DNA of 63,994 bases, the filler included, from Octopus bimaculoides (Eukaryota), in the NCBI RefSeq assembly GCF_001194135.2. It is 8 parts of 8 records of this genome, joined end to end, with 100 filler letters (N's around TTAATTAATTAA, not from the genome) between each part and the next. Parts side by side here need not be neighbours in the genome. Positions count along the whole stretch, not along the records: positions 45,370 to 57,235 come from NC_068982.1; positions 57,336 to 62,891 come from NC_068999.1; positions 62,992 to 63,994 come from NW_026433757.1; 5 more parts are not named here. One strand, 5' to 3'. Position 1 is the stretch's first letter. Every line of letters starts with the position of its first letter. The notes under the pieces were generated by a model that saw only the letters and a program-made list of their open reading frames with translations, was not told where the DNA came from and did not search any database. The position numbers and the translations under genes were made by a program. Of the stretch, positions 53,096 to 63,994 are shown one piece after another.

Positions 53096-54059
53096 GTATG
53101 AATAATGCGAGTATTTGTTTTGCTCATGGGATGCGTGAGTTCTTCCAATAATTTTGTATACATATTCATTGTTGTTTTTGTCCGCTTGAATCTCTAATAA
53201 ATTTTCTTACATGCTCGAACTCACGTATAAGGTTTTATAACATCGACCAGATAATACGCACGCGCGTGTGTGTGAGTGTGTGATGTGTTAGTATGCAATC
53301 GTGTACGAGAATGCGAGCGTTGGTGAGATCATCATGTGTATTCGTATATACTTCGATGCAAATATAAGTATTTAGAATGCGATTTTAATATTAATGCCGT
53401 TAACTTTTTTTTTTTCTGTTCCAACTTTCTAGTTCAAGTACGGACTTTGTTAAGTGTTTACAGGAAAAAACTTAACGTGTATATATAAGTGACTTGATGT
53501 TAGATGTATGTGAGTGCGACTTACGTATATGAATTTCTGTTGTATGTCTCAAACACTTACCATATTTTCAAACGAATTTATTATTTTACACAATGTACAA
53601 AGATGTTATAACTTCTTCACTCTAGCGGAGTTTTACCGGACGACTTGATACTTGGAAGAGATCCTGCAATAGTTGAAATGTTAAGTGCAAAATTGACATT
53701 TTCTAAAACCATTGCTTTTACGCTTTTCACTAAATTTTATTTTGGAGTGGCCCCTTCACATATTCGCTTATTATGACAGCATTTCACAGTGGGTGACCTC
53801 TCATAGTTACCTGCCAACTATGTTAGCTATCGACTGCCAGTATTTCTCATTTCACAATATCTACATTATCCTCTGATTAAACGGCTGTTTTCAGACTTCG
53901 TTTGTTACATTATTGCGTAATATACGCATTCATATTACAAAAGCACATATGATATGTGTTTTATGTGATACATGTGCGTGTGTGCGTGAGTGTGTTTGTG
54001 GGTGTACCAATTGTACCTATATACATATGTATATATATATATATATATANNNNNNNNNN

Positions 54060-54563
54060 TTTACTAACAGGGAGTGAATAATTATTACAATTAAACGGGT
54101 AAAGGTTTATCAATTGCTAAAATGCTGAGACTCCAACAGATAGCATTACTTGTAATTCACAAAGGCAAAACAAGAAGAAAAAACAACGAAAACTAACCAG
54201 TCGAAGTTAATCATAGACGCGTTTCTGGCTTAGGAGCGATAAACACTCCATTTCCTCATCAGTATGATATTCTAGTTGCAAATTCGACGGTGCTAGCAAT
54301 TGTGCATGCATGACCGAGTGAACATCATGCATCGGCACAACTTGAAAACACCTCCGAACCTACATAGGCCAGCCAGTCCATTATCCCTCCTCAAGAAATT
54401 ACCATGTGCGTCACAAGCAATACCGCAGAAAATCTGCGGTTTACTAACAGGGAGTGAATAATTATTACAATTAAACGGGTAAAGGTTTATCAATTGCTAA
54501 AATGCTGAGACTCCAACAGATAGCATTACTTGATAAACCTTTACCCTTTTAATTGTAATAAAT
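54060..54563 (-). mobile_element. Non-coding hammerhead-bearing unit: 380-bp period with a 93-bp exact direct repeat and a 30-bp inverted end (retrozyme/PLE-pLTR-like)
   Basis: 54060-54152 is identical to 54440-54532; 54531-54560 is an inverted copy of 54463-54492 (1 mismatch); an HHR lies at 54210-54268; flanked by (TA)n; a homologous fragment is at 57169-57235. Confidence 0.75.
54210..54268 (-). ncRNA. Minimal type I hammerhead ribozyme (predicted)
   Basis: Minus strand AUCAUA-CUGAUGA-GG AAAU GGAGUG UUUAU CGCUCC UAAG CC A-GAA-ACGCGU-C-UAUGAU: 6-bp stem I, intact core, extended stem II, palindromic stem III (ACGCGU), GUC cleavage triplet. One unpaired A before GAAA is non-canonical. Confidence 0.8.
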
Positions 54564-54584
54564 ATATATATATATATATATACC

Positions 54585-54850
54585 CAAGTGACTTCTATTA
54601 TAGCCTTAGGTCAACCAAAGTCTTCTGAGCGGGTTTGGTAAACGGAAACTAAAAGAAGCCTATCGCATATATATACGATATGCGGTTGTGCGTGTGCGTG
54701 TGTATCTTTGTGTCTGTGTTTGACTGCACCACCGCTTGAAAATCGGAGCTAGAGCTTTTATGTTCCGTAGCCGAGCGGTTCGTCAAAAGAAACCGATAGA
54801 ATAAGTACCAGGCTTAAAAGATAGAAGTACTCGATAAGATTAGTTCGATA
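54585..54850 (+). mobile_element. 5'-truncated family A SINE
   Basis: CAAGTGACTTCTATTATAGCC...GGAAACTAAAAGAAGCCTATCG, then microsatellite, then right module with ACCGATAGAATAAGTACCAGGCTT. Confidence 0.75.
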
Positions 54851-55145
54851 TGTTAATGATGATTGTTGGTAGTAGAACAAAATGTTTTAATCGATCATCA
54901 TTCATTCAGTTCCCATGGTGCCTTGTGGCACTTGAAGCGACAACAAGATCATTCCACCTTCTAACACTGAAAGCGTCTAATCGATGATAGCATATGACTA
55001 ATAATTATTATTAGTTAATTACATACAGAAATTTAAGGTAAAATATAAAAAAAGAAAGGTAATAATTTTTAGAAAATATGAAAGTTTTCAACGACGGACG
55101 TCTTTTCGACCTGGATTCTCTAAGCAGTTAATGTAAAAAGAGATG

Positions 55146-55260
55146 GAAGAAGAAGAAGAAGAAGAAGAAGAAGAAGAAGAAGAAGAAGAAGAAGAAGAAG
55201 AAGAAGAAGAAGAAGAAGAAGAAGAAGAAGAAGAAGAAGAAGAAGAAGAAGAAGAAGAAG
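55146..55260. repeat. Perfect (GAA)n tract, about 38 units
   Basis: Directly visible. Confidence 0.95.
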
Positions 55261-55691
55261 AGAGACAGACAGACACGCACAGACAGAAAGTGAAACATGT
55301 TTATGAAGGGAGTAAAAATCAATGAAAGGGCTTGTAGATAACCAGTTAAAATATTGATACACTAGAATACTTTAAAAATGAGAGCCAATAGTACCAATAT
55401 AGCTAAAGTTTTATGCAAATTAGAATAATGTATGGTAGGCAAATTCATTATGTAAAAAATAGGCAATGGGTCAAGACTCAAAATGTGAAGACTTGGCGAT
55501 AACTGAAGGAAATGACAAATAGAAGTAAAAACTTGTAATAAAATTTTTACCTTTAATAAAAGCTAATATTTTCAAAATCTAAATATTCTATTTGAAATTT
55601 TATCCTCAGCTGCAATATTTTAAGTAAAAATTTTCTTTTTCCGTACTTTACCAGATATAATAAGTTGTCTTAAACTTTTCCAAGTGTAATA

Positions 55692-56935
55692 TCAGGTCAT
55701 CCCATAAGTTCTGTCCGATTTTATTTTTTTTTAAATTGAATGAAATTTAATAGTATTTTACAATGTCTAATGGAATTAAAAATTATTTTTATGCATTTGT
55801 GTACATTTAAACAAATTAAATATTATTTTACTGAATAATAGAATTAAAATTTATTTGATTAAAACCTTTTCTAATATGGAAGTATCCAAAGAGCATTTAA
55901 GGCACATAATGCTTTATGAGTACAAAAAAGAAAACTCTGCAGCCGAAGCGACTCGAAACATACACTCAGTTTGTGGGAAAGAATGCTTGAATGAAAGAAC
56001 TTGCCCAAGATGGTTTGCAAAATTCCGAAGTGGAGATTTTAGCCTTGAAGATGGAAAAGGACGTCCAGTTGAGTTTGATGATAACCTCCTTGAGGTGTTA
56101 CTTGAAGAAAATCCTGCATTATCAGTTGAAGAATTGGCAATAAAGCTTAGTTCAAACCATACAACTGTTCATTGTCATCTTCAACAACTTGGAAAGGTTC
56201 CTAAACTTGGAAAAATGGGTGCCTCATGAATTGTCCGAAAGCAACGCAAATCCCGAGTCGACATCTGCTCTTCTCTCCATTTTCACGAACTCATTTCACC
56301 CTTTTTGGATAGAGTTGTGACTGGTGACGAAAAATGGATCTTCTATCGAAATGTTAAACGTCCAACCAAGAAGGGAACTTCATGGGAAAAAGGTTCTTCT
56401 CTTTATCTGGTGGGATTGCAAAAGACTAATTCACTTTGAATTATTACCACCTCATGCAATAATCAATGCTTAAGTCTACTGTGAGCAATTAGAGCGTTTG
56501 AACGAAGCTTTGAAGAAAAAAAGACCTGCTTTAGTAAATCGAAAAGGAGTGATGTTTCATTAGGACAACACGTGACCCCACACTGCAAAGATCACATCAC
56601 AGAAGATCGAAGAGCTTGGTTGGGAAACAATTCCTCATCCACCTTTTTCTCCCGACCATGCTCCTTCAGACTACCATTTGTTTCGTAGTTTACAGAATCA
56701 TTTGATGGACATAACTTTCGCAAGCCAGGAGGAGGTCAAAACTGACATTTCAGAGTTCTTTGCTTTGAAACCAAAAGAGTTTTACAGACATGGGATTAAA
56801 AAGCTTGTAAATAGATGGAAGGAAGTCATAGATAATCAGCGAAAGTGCATTGATGATTAAATTTCAATTAAATATGACACTTCATCACTTGTCCTCTTTA
56901 TTCAAAATTCGGACAGAACTTATGGGATGACCTGA
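55692..56935 (+). mobile_element. Full-length (1244 bp) mariner transposon with disabled DD34D-type transposase (ATG 55876 to ~56860)
   Basis: TA|TCAGGTCATCCCATAAGTTCTGTCCGA ... TCGGACAGAACTTATGGGATGACCTGA|TA (27-bp perfect TIR). MEVSKEHLRHIMLYEYKK.., frameshifted WVPHEL, VTGDEKWIFY, H*DNT*PH, HPPFSPDHAPSDYHLF. Confidence 0.95.
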
Positions 56936-57712
56936 TAACTTACCCTGTAATTTTCCAGGTTTATAATCTTAAAAATATTATTTCTCTTGCTCACATTTTT
57001 CCATGTAATATACATATGTATGAGTATGTTTGTGTGCGTACACATGTATATGCATACACACACATGCACACGCACACAAACACATACATACATACATACG
57101 TACATACATACATATATATATATATATACACAGGTTGCTTCACCACATACCGAAGTTCAGAAATAGCAGCTAAAAAATGCTGAAACTCCAACAGTTACCC
57201 GCAACTCACATAGGCAAAACAAGAAGAAAAATAACNNNNNNNNNNNNNNNNNNNNNNNNNNNNNNNNNNNNNNNNNNNNTTAATTAATTAANNNNNNNNN
57301 NNNNNNNNNNNNNNNNNNNNNNNNNNNNNNNNNNNTATGTATATATATATATTTATATATGTATATAAGTATATATATATATATATATATATATATGCAT
57401 ATATGTATACATATATGCATATATGTATACATATATGCATAATATGCATATAAAATGATGATTTTTCATAGTTATTAAAATTCTCTTTTTATTTTCTCAG
57501 AATAAGGTTCCACTTTGATACGAAATATCAAATACTAAATAAATGAGAGAAAAATATACACACACTCAAAAACATACGCACGCGCATGCACACACGTACA
57601 CACGTACACACGTACACACACACACATACACACACATACCTATATGAAAAGACAGAGAAATGCATATACACACATACATAGGTAGGTAGGTAGACAGGTG
57701 TATGAAGATAAC

Positions 57713-57713
<1 letters not shown>

Positions 57714-57782
<69 letters not shown>

Positions 57783-58304
57783 TGATGATGATGATAATAA
57801 TAATAATAATATTAATAATAATAATAATAATCCTTTTTTACTATAAGCACACGGCCAGAAATTTGTGGGCAGGGGACACGTCAATTGCACCGAACCAGTG
57901 CGTAATTGATACTTATTTTATCAACCCTGAAAGGGATCAATAATAATACCGAACTGAGATCGTAAAAGACGGACGAAATGCCGCTAACCATTTCTACGGT
58001 GAGCTAACGATTCTGCCAGCTCAAAGCCTTACTACTATTAATAATAATGGCTTCATATTTTGCCACTAGGGAAGCCATTTGAGGAGATAAGTCGGTTACA
58101 TTGACTCCAATGCTTTACTGGTACTTAATTTATTGATCCCGAAAGGATGAAAGGCAAAGTCGACCTCAGCGGAATTTGAACTCATAACAGCGACAGAGGA
58201 AATGCCGCCATTTATTTCTCCTGGCGTGCTATCGATTCTGCCGGCTCATCGCCCCACTAATAATAACAATATTAATAATAACAATAATAATAATAATAAC
58301 AATA

Positions 58305-58346
<42 letters not shown>

Positions 58347-58352
58347 TTGATC

Positions 58353-58390
<38 letters not shown>
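57714..58390 (-). mobile_element. Two family B SINEs (57840-58025, 58047-58255) embedded between (AAT)n/(GAT)n tracts
   Basis: ACGATTCTGCCAGCTC and GAAAGGATGAAAGGCAAAGTCGACCTCAGCGGAATTTGAACTCA; long (AAT)n runs at 57714-57830 and 58258-58390. Confidence 0.8.
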
Positions 58391-58394
<4 letters not shown>

Positions 58395-58522
58395 TTAAAT
58401 ATATTTCATCGGCAAAGTGACAGGATTCTTCAAAGTGCCTTGTGCCTTTGCACCTATATATGTGTGTGTACATGCATACTCACATACATGCATGCATTTA
58501 ACAATTTATATGCATACATAAT

Positions 58523-58566
<44 letters not shown>

Positions 58567-59516
58567 NNNNNNNNNNNNNNNNNNNNNNNNNNNNNNNNNN
58601 NNNNNNNNNNNNNNNNNNNNNNNNNNNNNNNNNNNNNNNNNNNNNNNNNNNNNNNNNNNNNNNNNNNNNNNNNNNNNNNNNNNNNNNNNNNNNNNNNNNN
58701 NNNNNNNNNNNNNNNNNNNNNNNNNNNNNNNNNNNNNNNNNNNNNNNNNNNNNNNNNNNNNNNNNNNNNNNNNNNNNNNNNNNNNNNNNNNNNNNNNNNN
58801 NNNNNNNNNNNNNNNNNNNNNNNNNNNNNNNNNNNNNNNNNNNNNNNNNNNNNNNNNNNNNNNNNNNNNNNNNNNNNNNNNNNNNNNNNNNNNNNNNNNN
58901 NNNNNNNNNNNNNNNNNNNNNNNNNNNNNNNNNNNNNNNNNNNNNNNNNNNNNNNNNNNNNNNNNNNNNNNNNNNNNNNNNNNNNNNNNNNNNNNNNNNN
59001 NNNNNNNNNNNNNNNNNNNNNNNNNNNNNNNNNNNNNNNNNNNNNNNNNNNNNNNNNNNNNNNNNNNNNNNNNNNNNNNNNNNNNNNNNNNNNNNNNNNN
59101 NNNNNNNNNNNNNNNNNNNNNNNNNNNNNNNNNNNNNNNNNNNNNNNNNNNNNNNNNNNNNNNNNNNNNNNNNNNNNNNNNNNNNNNNNNNNNNNNNNNN
59201 NNNNNNNNNNNNNNNNNNNNNNNNNNNNNNNNNNNNNNNNNNNNNNNNNNNNNNNNNNNNNNNNNNNNNNNNNNNNNNNNNNNNNNNNNNNNNNNNNNNN
59301 NNNNNNNNNNNNNNNNNNNNNNNNNNNNNNNNNNNNNNNNNNNNNNNNNNNNNNNNNNNNNNNNNNNNNNNNNNNNNNNNNNNNNNNNNNNNNNNNNNNN
59401 NNNNNNNNNNNNNNNNNNNNNNNNNNNNNNNNNNNNNNNNNNNNNNNNNNNNNNNNNNNNNNNNNNNNNNNNNNNNNNNNNNNNNNNNNNNNNNNNNNNN
59501 NNNNNNNNNNNNNNNN

Positions 59517-59519
<3 letters not shown>

Positions 59520-59569
<50 letters not shown>

Positions 59570-59641
59570 CATAGATATAGATATTAATTTTTACAGTTTA
59601 TATGTATATATATATATATTTACATATATATATACTTATAA

Positions 59642-59674
<33 letters not shown>

Positions 59675-60299
59675 TACATGTGTATGTATATTTGCGCCTA
59701 TGTATATGTATATTTATGAGAATATATGTATGTATAAGTATGTCAATATTTGTGTATAGCGCGATTGTGTGAGTGCGCGCGCGCGTACGTATGTATGTGC
59801 GTATGTGTGTGTGCGCGTATGTGTGCGAATATGTGTGTGTGCACACGTGTGTAGCACGCGTTTGTTGTTGAATGAGTGTATGTGTGCTGGCATCTTAGAA
59901 TTTCTGAGACAAAAGTCTAAACAAGTACATTCGATATTAAACCAATTACACACCGGAAGTCAGGCCCTTGTTACCATGACTACACAACCAAAAATGTTTT
60001 TATCAGATTTTGTTGTACGAGTTATGTTTTCTTGAATTCCACCACCGCACTTCGTCCAGTGCCTTCATAGCTGCCAAAATACCGTTTGAATGGAATTGGT
60101 AAGAAGCTAGCTGCTTCCATATGATCAAGCAATGTATTTTTCGGTACTGTCTTAACAACAACAACAACAACACGAACATTAATCTTTTCTTGTTTTATGC
60201 TTCTAAAAAATGGTTTATTTCTTCTTGCTTGTGGAAGCGTTTGATATTTCCACTTTGTAGATGTTACGTCTGTGAGTATGCGGGTGTGTTTGTGTGTGC

Positions 60300-60353
<54 letters not shown>

Positions 60354-60366
60354 GTGNNNNNNNNNN

Positions 60367-60402
<36 letters not shown>

Positions 60403-60736
60403 GTGTGTGTGTGTGTGTCTGTGTGTGTGTGAGTGTGCATGTGTGCGCGCGTGCACATGTGCGTACCCGAGCGTGTATGAGTGTGTGTTCTTGTGTACAT
60501 TTATATATTAGCCCAGGTTGCTACCATATTTACTCGAGAAAATTATTTTCGTGGAAATCATTCAAATAATAAAATGAAAAGCTTGGAATGCATTTGGAAA
60601 TTTTACATGAGCATTTACGTCCCTGAGTAACACATGAGGCGTTGTTCTCTACTAAAACATACACAATTTTGTACATGCGTACATACACACACACACACGC
60701 GCGCGGAAATGCGTACATGTATCAAAATATACATTA

Positions 60737-60808
<72 letters not shown>

Positions 60809-61100
60809 ATATACATGTATGTATATATATATATATGCGCATAAATGTATGTGTATTACATGCAGTCATGTATATATATATATATATGTATGTATATATT
60901 TATATATGTGTGTGTGTGTATATATATATATATATTTATATATTATATGTATGTAGGTATGTATATACATATGTATGTATGGATCTGTGTGTGACTATCT
61001 ATGCACACATGCTCACATACACACAAACATGCACACACATCTACATCTATGAAGTGTATTTGCGCGTACCAGGTTATGAGTGCGTTATATTTTGTGCAAA
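59520..61100. repeat. Compound (TA)n/(TG)n/(CG/TG) microsatellite field
   Basis: Directly visible. Confidence 0.85.
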
Positions 61101-61684
61101 ACGATAACCTGTTGATCTTTTCGCATAAAATAATACTCTCACCAATTTTGTGGTGGAAAAGAGCCATAGAAGACTAAATCGACGTGTATAGAGGATTGGT
61201 GTTTATTTTGATCGCCCCCCCCCCAAACTTGTCAAGGTCGAAAGGAATAGTAACTCTTTCGTCGTGGTTCGAACTTAGAACGTAGAGGGACTTAAATATT
61301 GATAAGACTTGGATTATTGTTAAAGTAGTTAGAATATAATTTTGGTTAATTTCGTGAACTGCGTTGTTATTAGAGTATGAAAAATATATTACTTGATCTT
61401 ATTGGCGTGTAATTAGTTTCATGTACTTGTAAAAATATCAGGAAGAACACAAGAGGTACCATGTATACGTACATGCATTTCTATATGCATACGTTCATCC
61501 ATACATACTTATACACACACGCACACACACACATACACACCTAATACATGCTTATGTATGTTTGTATGTATTATATATATATATNNNNNNNNNNNNNNNN
61601 NNNNNNNNNNNNNNNNNNNNNNNNNNNNNNNNNNNNNNNNNNNNNNNNNNNNNNNNNNNNNNNNNNNNNNNNNNNNNNNNNNNN

Positions 61685-61723
<39 letters not shown>

Positions 61724-61745
61724 GCAGACATATATACATACACAC

Positions 61746-62239
61746 AGGAGTGGCTGGGTGGCAAAAGTTTGCTTCCAACTCCATGATTCCGGGTTCAGTC
61801 TCACTGCGTGACATCGTCAAGTTTCCACTATGAAACGGGTGTGGTAGATGCAAACTGAATGAGGCTCGTTGTACACACAAACACACACACACACACACAC
61901 ACGCACACACACACACACACACACACATACACACACACAAACACACGCACACACGTGTTCTCGATGGTGGTGGTGGTGGTGATGTTGGCCGCTTTGTTTT
62001 CCTAATAAAACTTCAATACAGTGCCCCAGGATGGTCGTAGTCTAAAGATTGAAATAAGTAAGGCATAAACGATAGGAGTGGCTAGGTGGTAAGTAGCTTG
62101 CTTGTCAACCACATGACTCCGGGTTCAATCTCACCGCGTGGCACCTTGGACAAATGTTTTCTACTATAGTCTTGGGCCGATCAAAGCCTTGTGAGTGAAT
62201 TCAGTTAACAGAAACTGAAAGAAGCCTGTCGTATGTATG

Positions 62240-62277
<38 letters not shown>

Positions 62278-62514
62278 AGTGTATGTGTGTGTATATATGT
62301 ATATGTTTGTGTGTCTGTGTTTGTCCCCACACCATCGCTTGACAACCGATGTTGGCATGCTTACATACCCGTAACTTAGCGGTTGGGCAAAAGTGACCGA
62401 CAGACTAATTACTAGGCTTACAAAGAATAAGTCTTGGCGTCGATTTGTTCGACTAAAGGTGGTGCTCCAGCATGGCCACAGTCAAATGACTGAAACAAAT
62501 AAATAATAAAAGAA
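61746..62514 (+). mobile_element. Family A head (61746-61870) and full family A SINE (62074-62514)
   Basis: AGGAGTGGCT(G/A)GGTGG...CCGGGTTCA(G/A)TCTCAC(T/C)GCGTG; the second copy has the internal microsatellite and a complete right module. Confidence 0.85.
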
Positions 62515-63362
62515 TATATATATATAACCAGCCGAAATTGCAAAGATAATCTGGAACTCGACTGAGGAAAGAAAACTCCGAATGACCCGTGCATTTACTG
62601 GTGCACACACATATACACATACACATACAAACATACATGCATACATATATGAATACATACATCCATACATACAGACATGCATACAAACTGACGTACATAC
62701 ATACATACATACACATACATACATACATATGTGTATATATGTGTTTGTGTATATATGTGTTTGTGTGAATGCGTGTGTGCGTGCATACACACACACACAC
62801 ACACTAGGTAAACAAGTTATTTTTTAATAAACATAATTAGTCCGGAAACTTCATGATATCACCTACTATGCATTCATATGCGAATATATATNNNNNNNNN
62901 NNNNNNNNNNNNNNNNNNNNNNNNNNNNNNNNNNNTTAATTAATTAANNNNNNNNNNNNNNNNNNNNNNNNNNNNNNNNNNNNNNNNNNNNTTATCGTTT
63001 GAAATTGATTTGGTCTGCGAATGTATAAGTACGATTGGAGATTTTACTACAGTGGCAACAAATGCAACGGTTTAAATATATTTAAATTTAGATATATGAA
63101 TAATATTTAGATATATAGATAAGTAAATTTAGTGGTGAACCTAGATGTAAAACGTAAGCTAAAAGTAGTAGAAGTATAAAGGTTGAACCAAGACAAAGAA
63201 AGAGAACGGAACAAAGCAGATATTGTAGAAAAAAACAATTGAGAGAAACGTGTACCACATCAGATTTTCAGAGACAATCTGTCTCCGAACATCTGATGAT
63301 GTATCTGATGACTGCGAAATTCCAAGTGGAACTGAATCAATCAGTATATGATGATGATGATG

Positions 63363-63394
<32 letters not shown>

Positions 63395-63994
63395 GATCCT
63401 ATAGTCTCATGAGAGTCAAATTACTAATTGGTTTCTGGCTTCATGGCAGAAGCGGAGAACCAACTGCAGCACACATCAGAAATAGCAGGGAAGAATAGTA
63501 TGGTGAGGATTCTTTGTCACTGGAAGTTTGAAAGAGTCACATCCGGTCTGTGGATATCAGGACAATTGGAAAAAATCCTGAACGTGGAAGAAACTCCTCG
63601 GGTTAAACGCAAAAAAAAGAAACACTTATTTCATTAGAATTTTGTCCCTTGGCTTTGGACCAAAAAGGAGTCGCTCCCATATACAAGATATTTGTTTGTA
63701 GGGTGGGGTTGGGGCTGCGAGAATTGGAGTGAGATGAGGGTGTGGATGAGTTGGGAAATGGAGATGGGGATTATTGGGAGCAGGGCTGATTTCGAAACCC
63801 TTCGTGATTATAAATATGTGTGTATAAAGAGCATCGGTGTATCACAGTTTGTAATTCCTTAATTACGCTAGCTTCAATGCAACATAGAATATCTATTTCC
63901 TGTATATAACTATAAATATAAATGAATAATACTATAATATTATATAAGTGTAAATATTATTATTAATGTAAACTATGTGCATTTCTTGCGATAA

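Noticed and set aside
59975-60026. Pre-miRNA-like hairpin
   Set aside because: AU-rich with a 2x3 internal loop and bulges, and no seed I recognise; would need small-RNA reads.
60025-60085. Minus-strand HWTKCGGGIQ as a thrombospondin type 1 motif
   Set aside because: An in-frame stop lies immediately upstream, and the WSxW, first Cys and RxR elements are missing.
63290-63330. CTGATGATGTATCTGATGACTGCGAAATTCC as a hammerhead
   Set aside because: No stem II between CUGAUGA and GAAA and no stem I; adjacent to (GAT)n repeats that generate CTGATGA by chance.

Overview
Eukaryotic, AT-rich, microsatellite-saturated and repeat-dominated DNA with no intact host gene that I can support. The repeat landscape looks like an octopus (coleoid cephalopod) genome; this is an inference, not a search result. 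Seven identical 100-bp spacers (44 N + TTAATTAATTAA + 44 N) split the window into 8 pieces, so it is a join of small scaffolds and long-range adjacency cannot be trusted. Recognisable content: (i) Penelope-like retroelement (PLE) fragments with RT (YIDD) and/or GIY-YIG endonuclease at ~350-1200, ~2170-3395 and ~20105-22086; (ii) a 5'-truncated R4/Dong-type restriction-like-endonuclease LINE inside a (TAA)n tract; (iii) three L1/Tx1-like pieces (CCHC ORF1, APE endonuclease, ORF2 C-terminus); (iv) two dead mariner elements with TIRs and TA target duplications, plus a 116-bp Tc1-like MITE; (v) dozens of tRNA-derived SINE copies from at least three modular families; (vi) a possible decayed WSC/C-type-lectin-like exon. 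The most interesting signal is a set of hammerhead-ribozyme (HHR) motifs: a near-canonical minimal type I HHR inside a non-coding 380-bp direct-repeat unit with an inverted end (54060-54563, retrozyme/pLTR-like), a 234-bp foldback with one HHR per arm (28141-28374), and variant-core HHRs in the 3' ends of two PLE copies. Most ORFs in the supplied track are microsatellite or N-gap artefacts.
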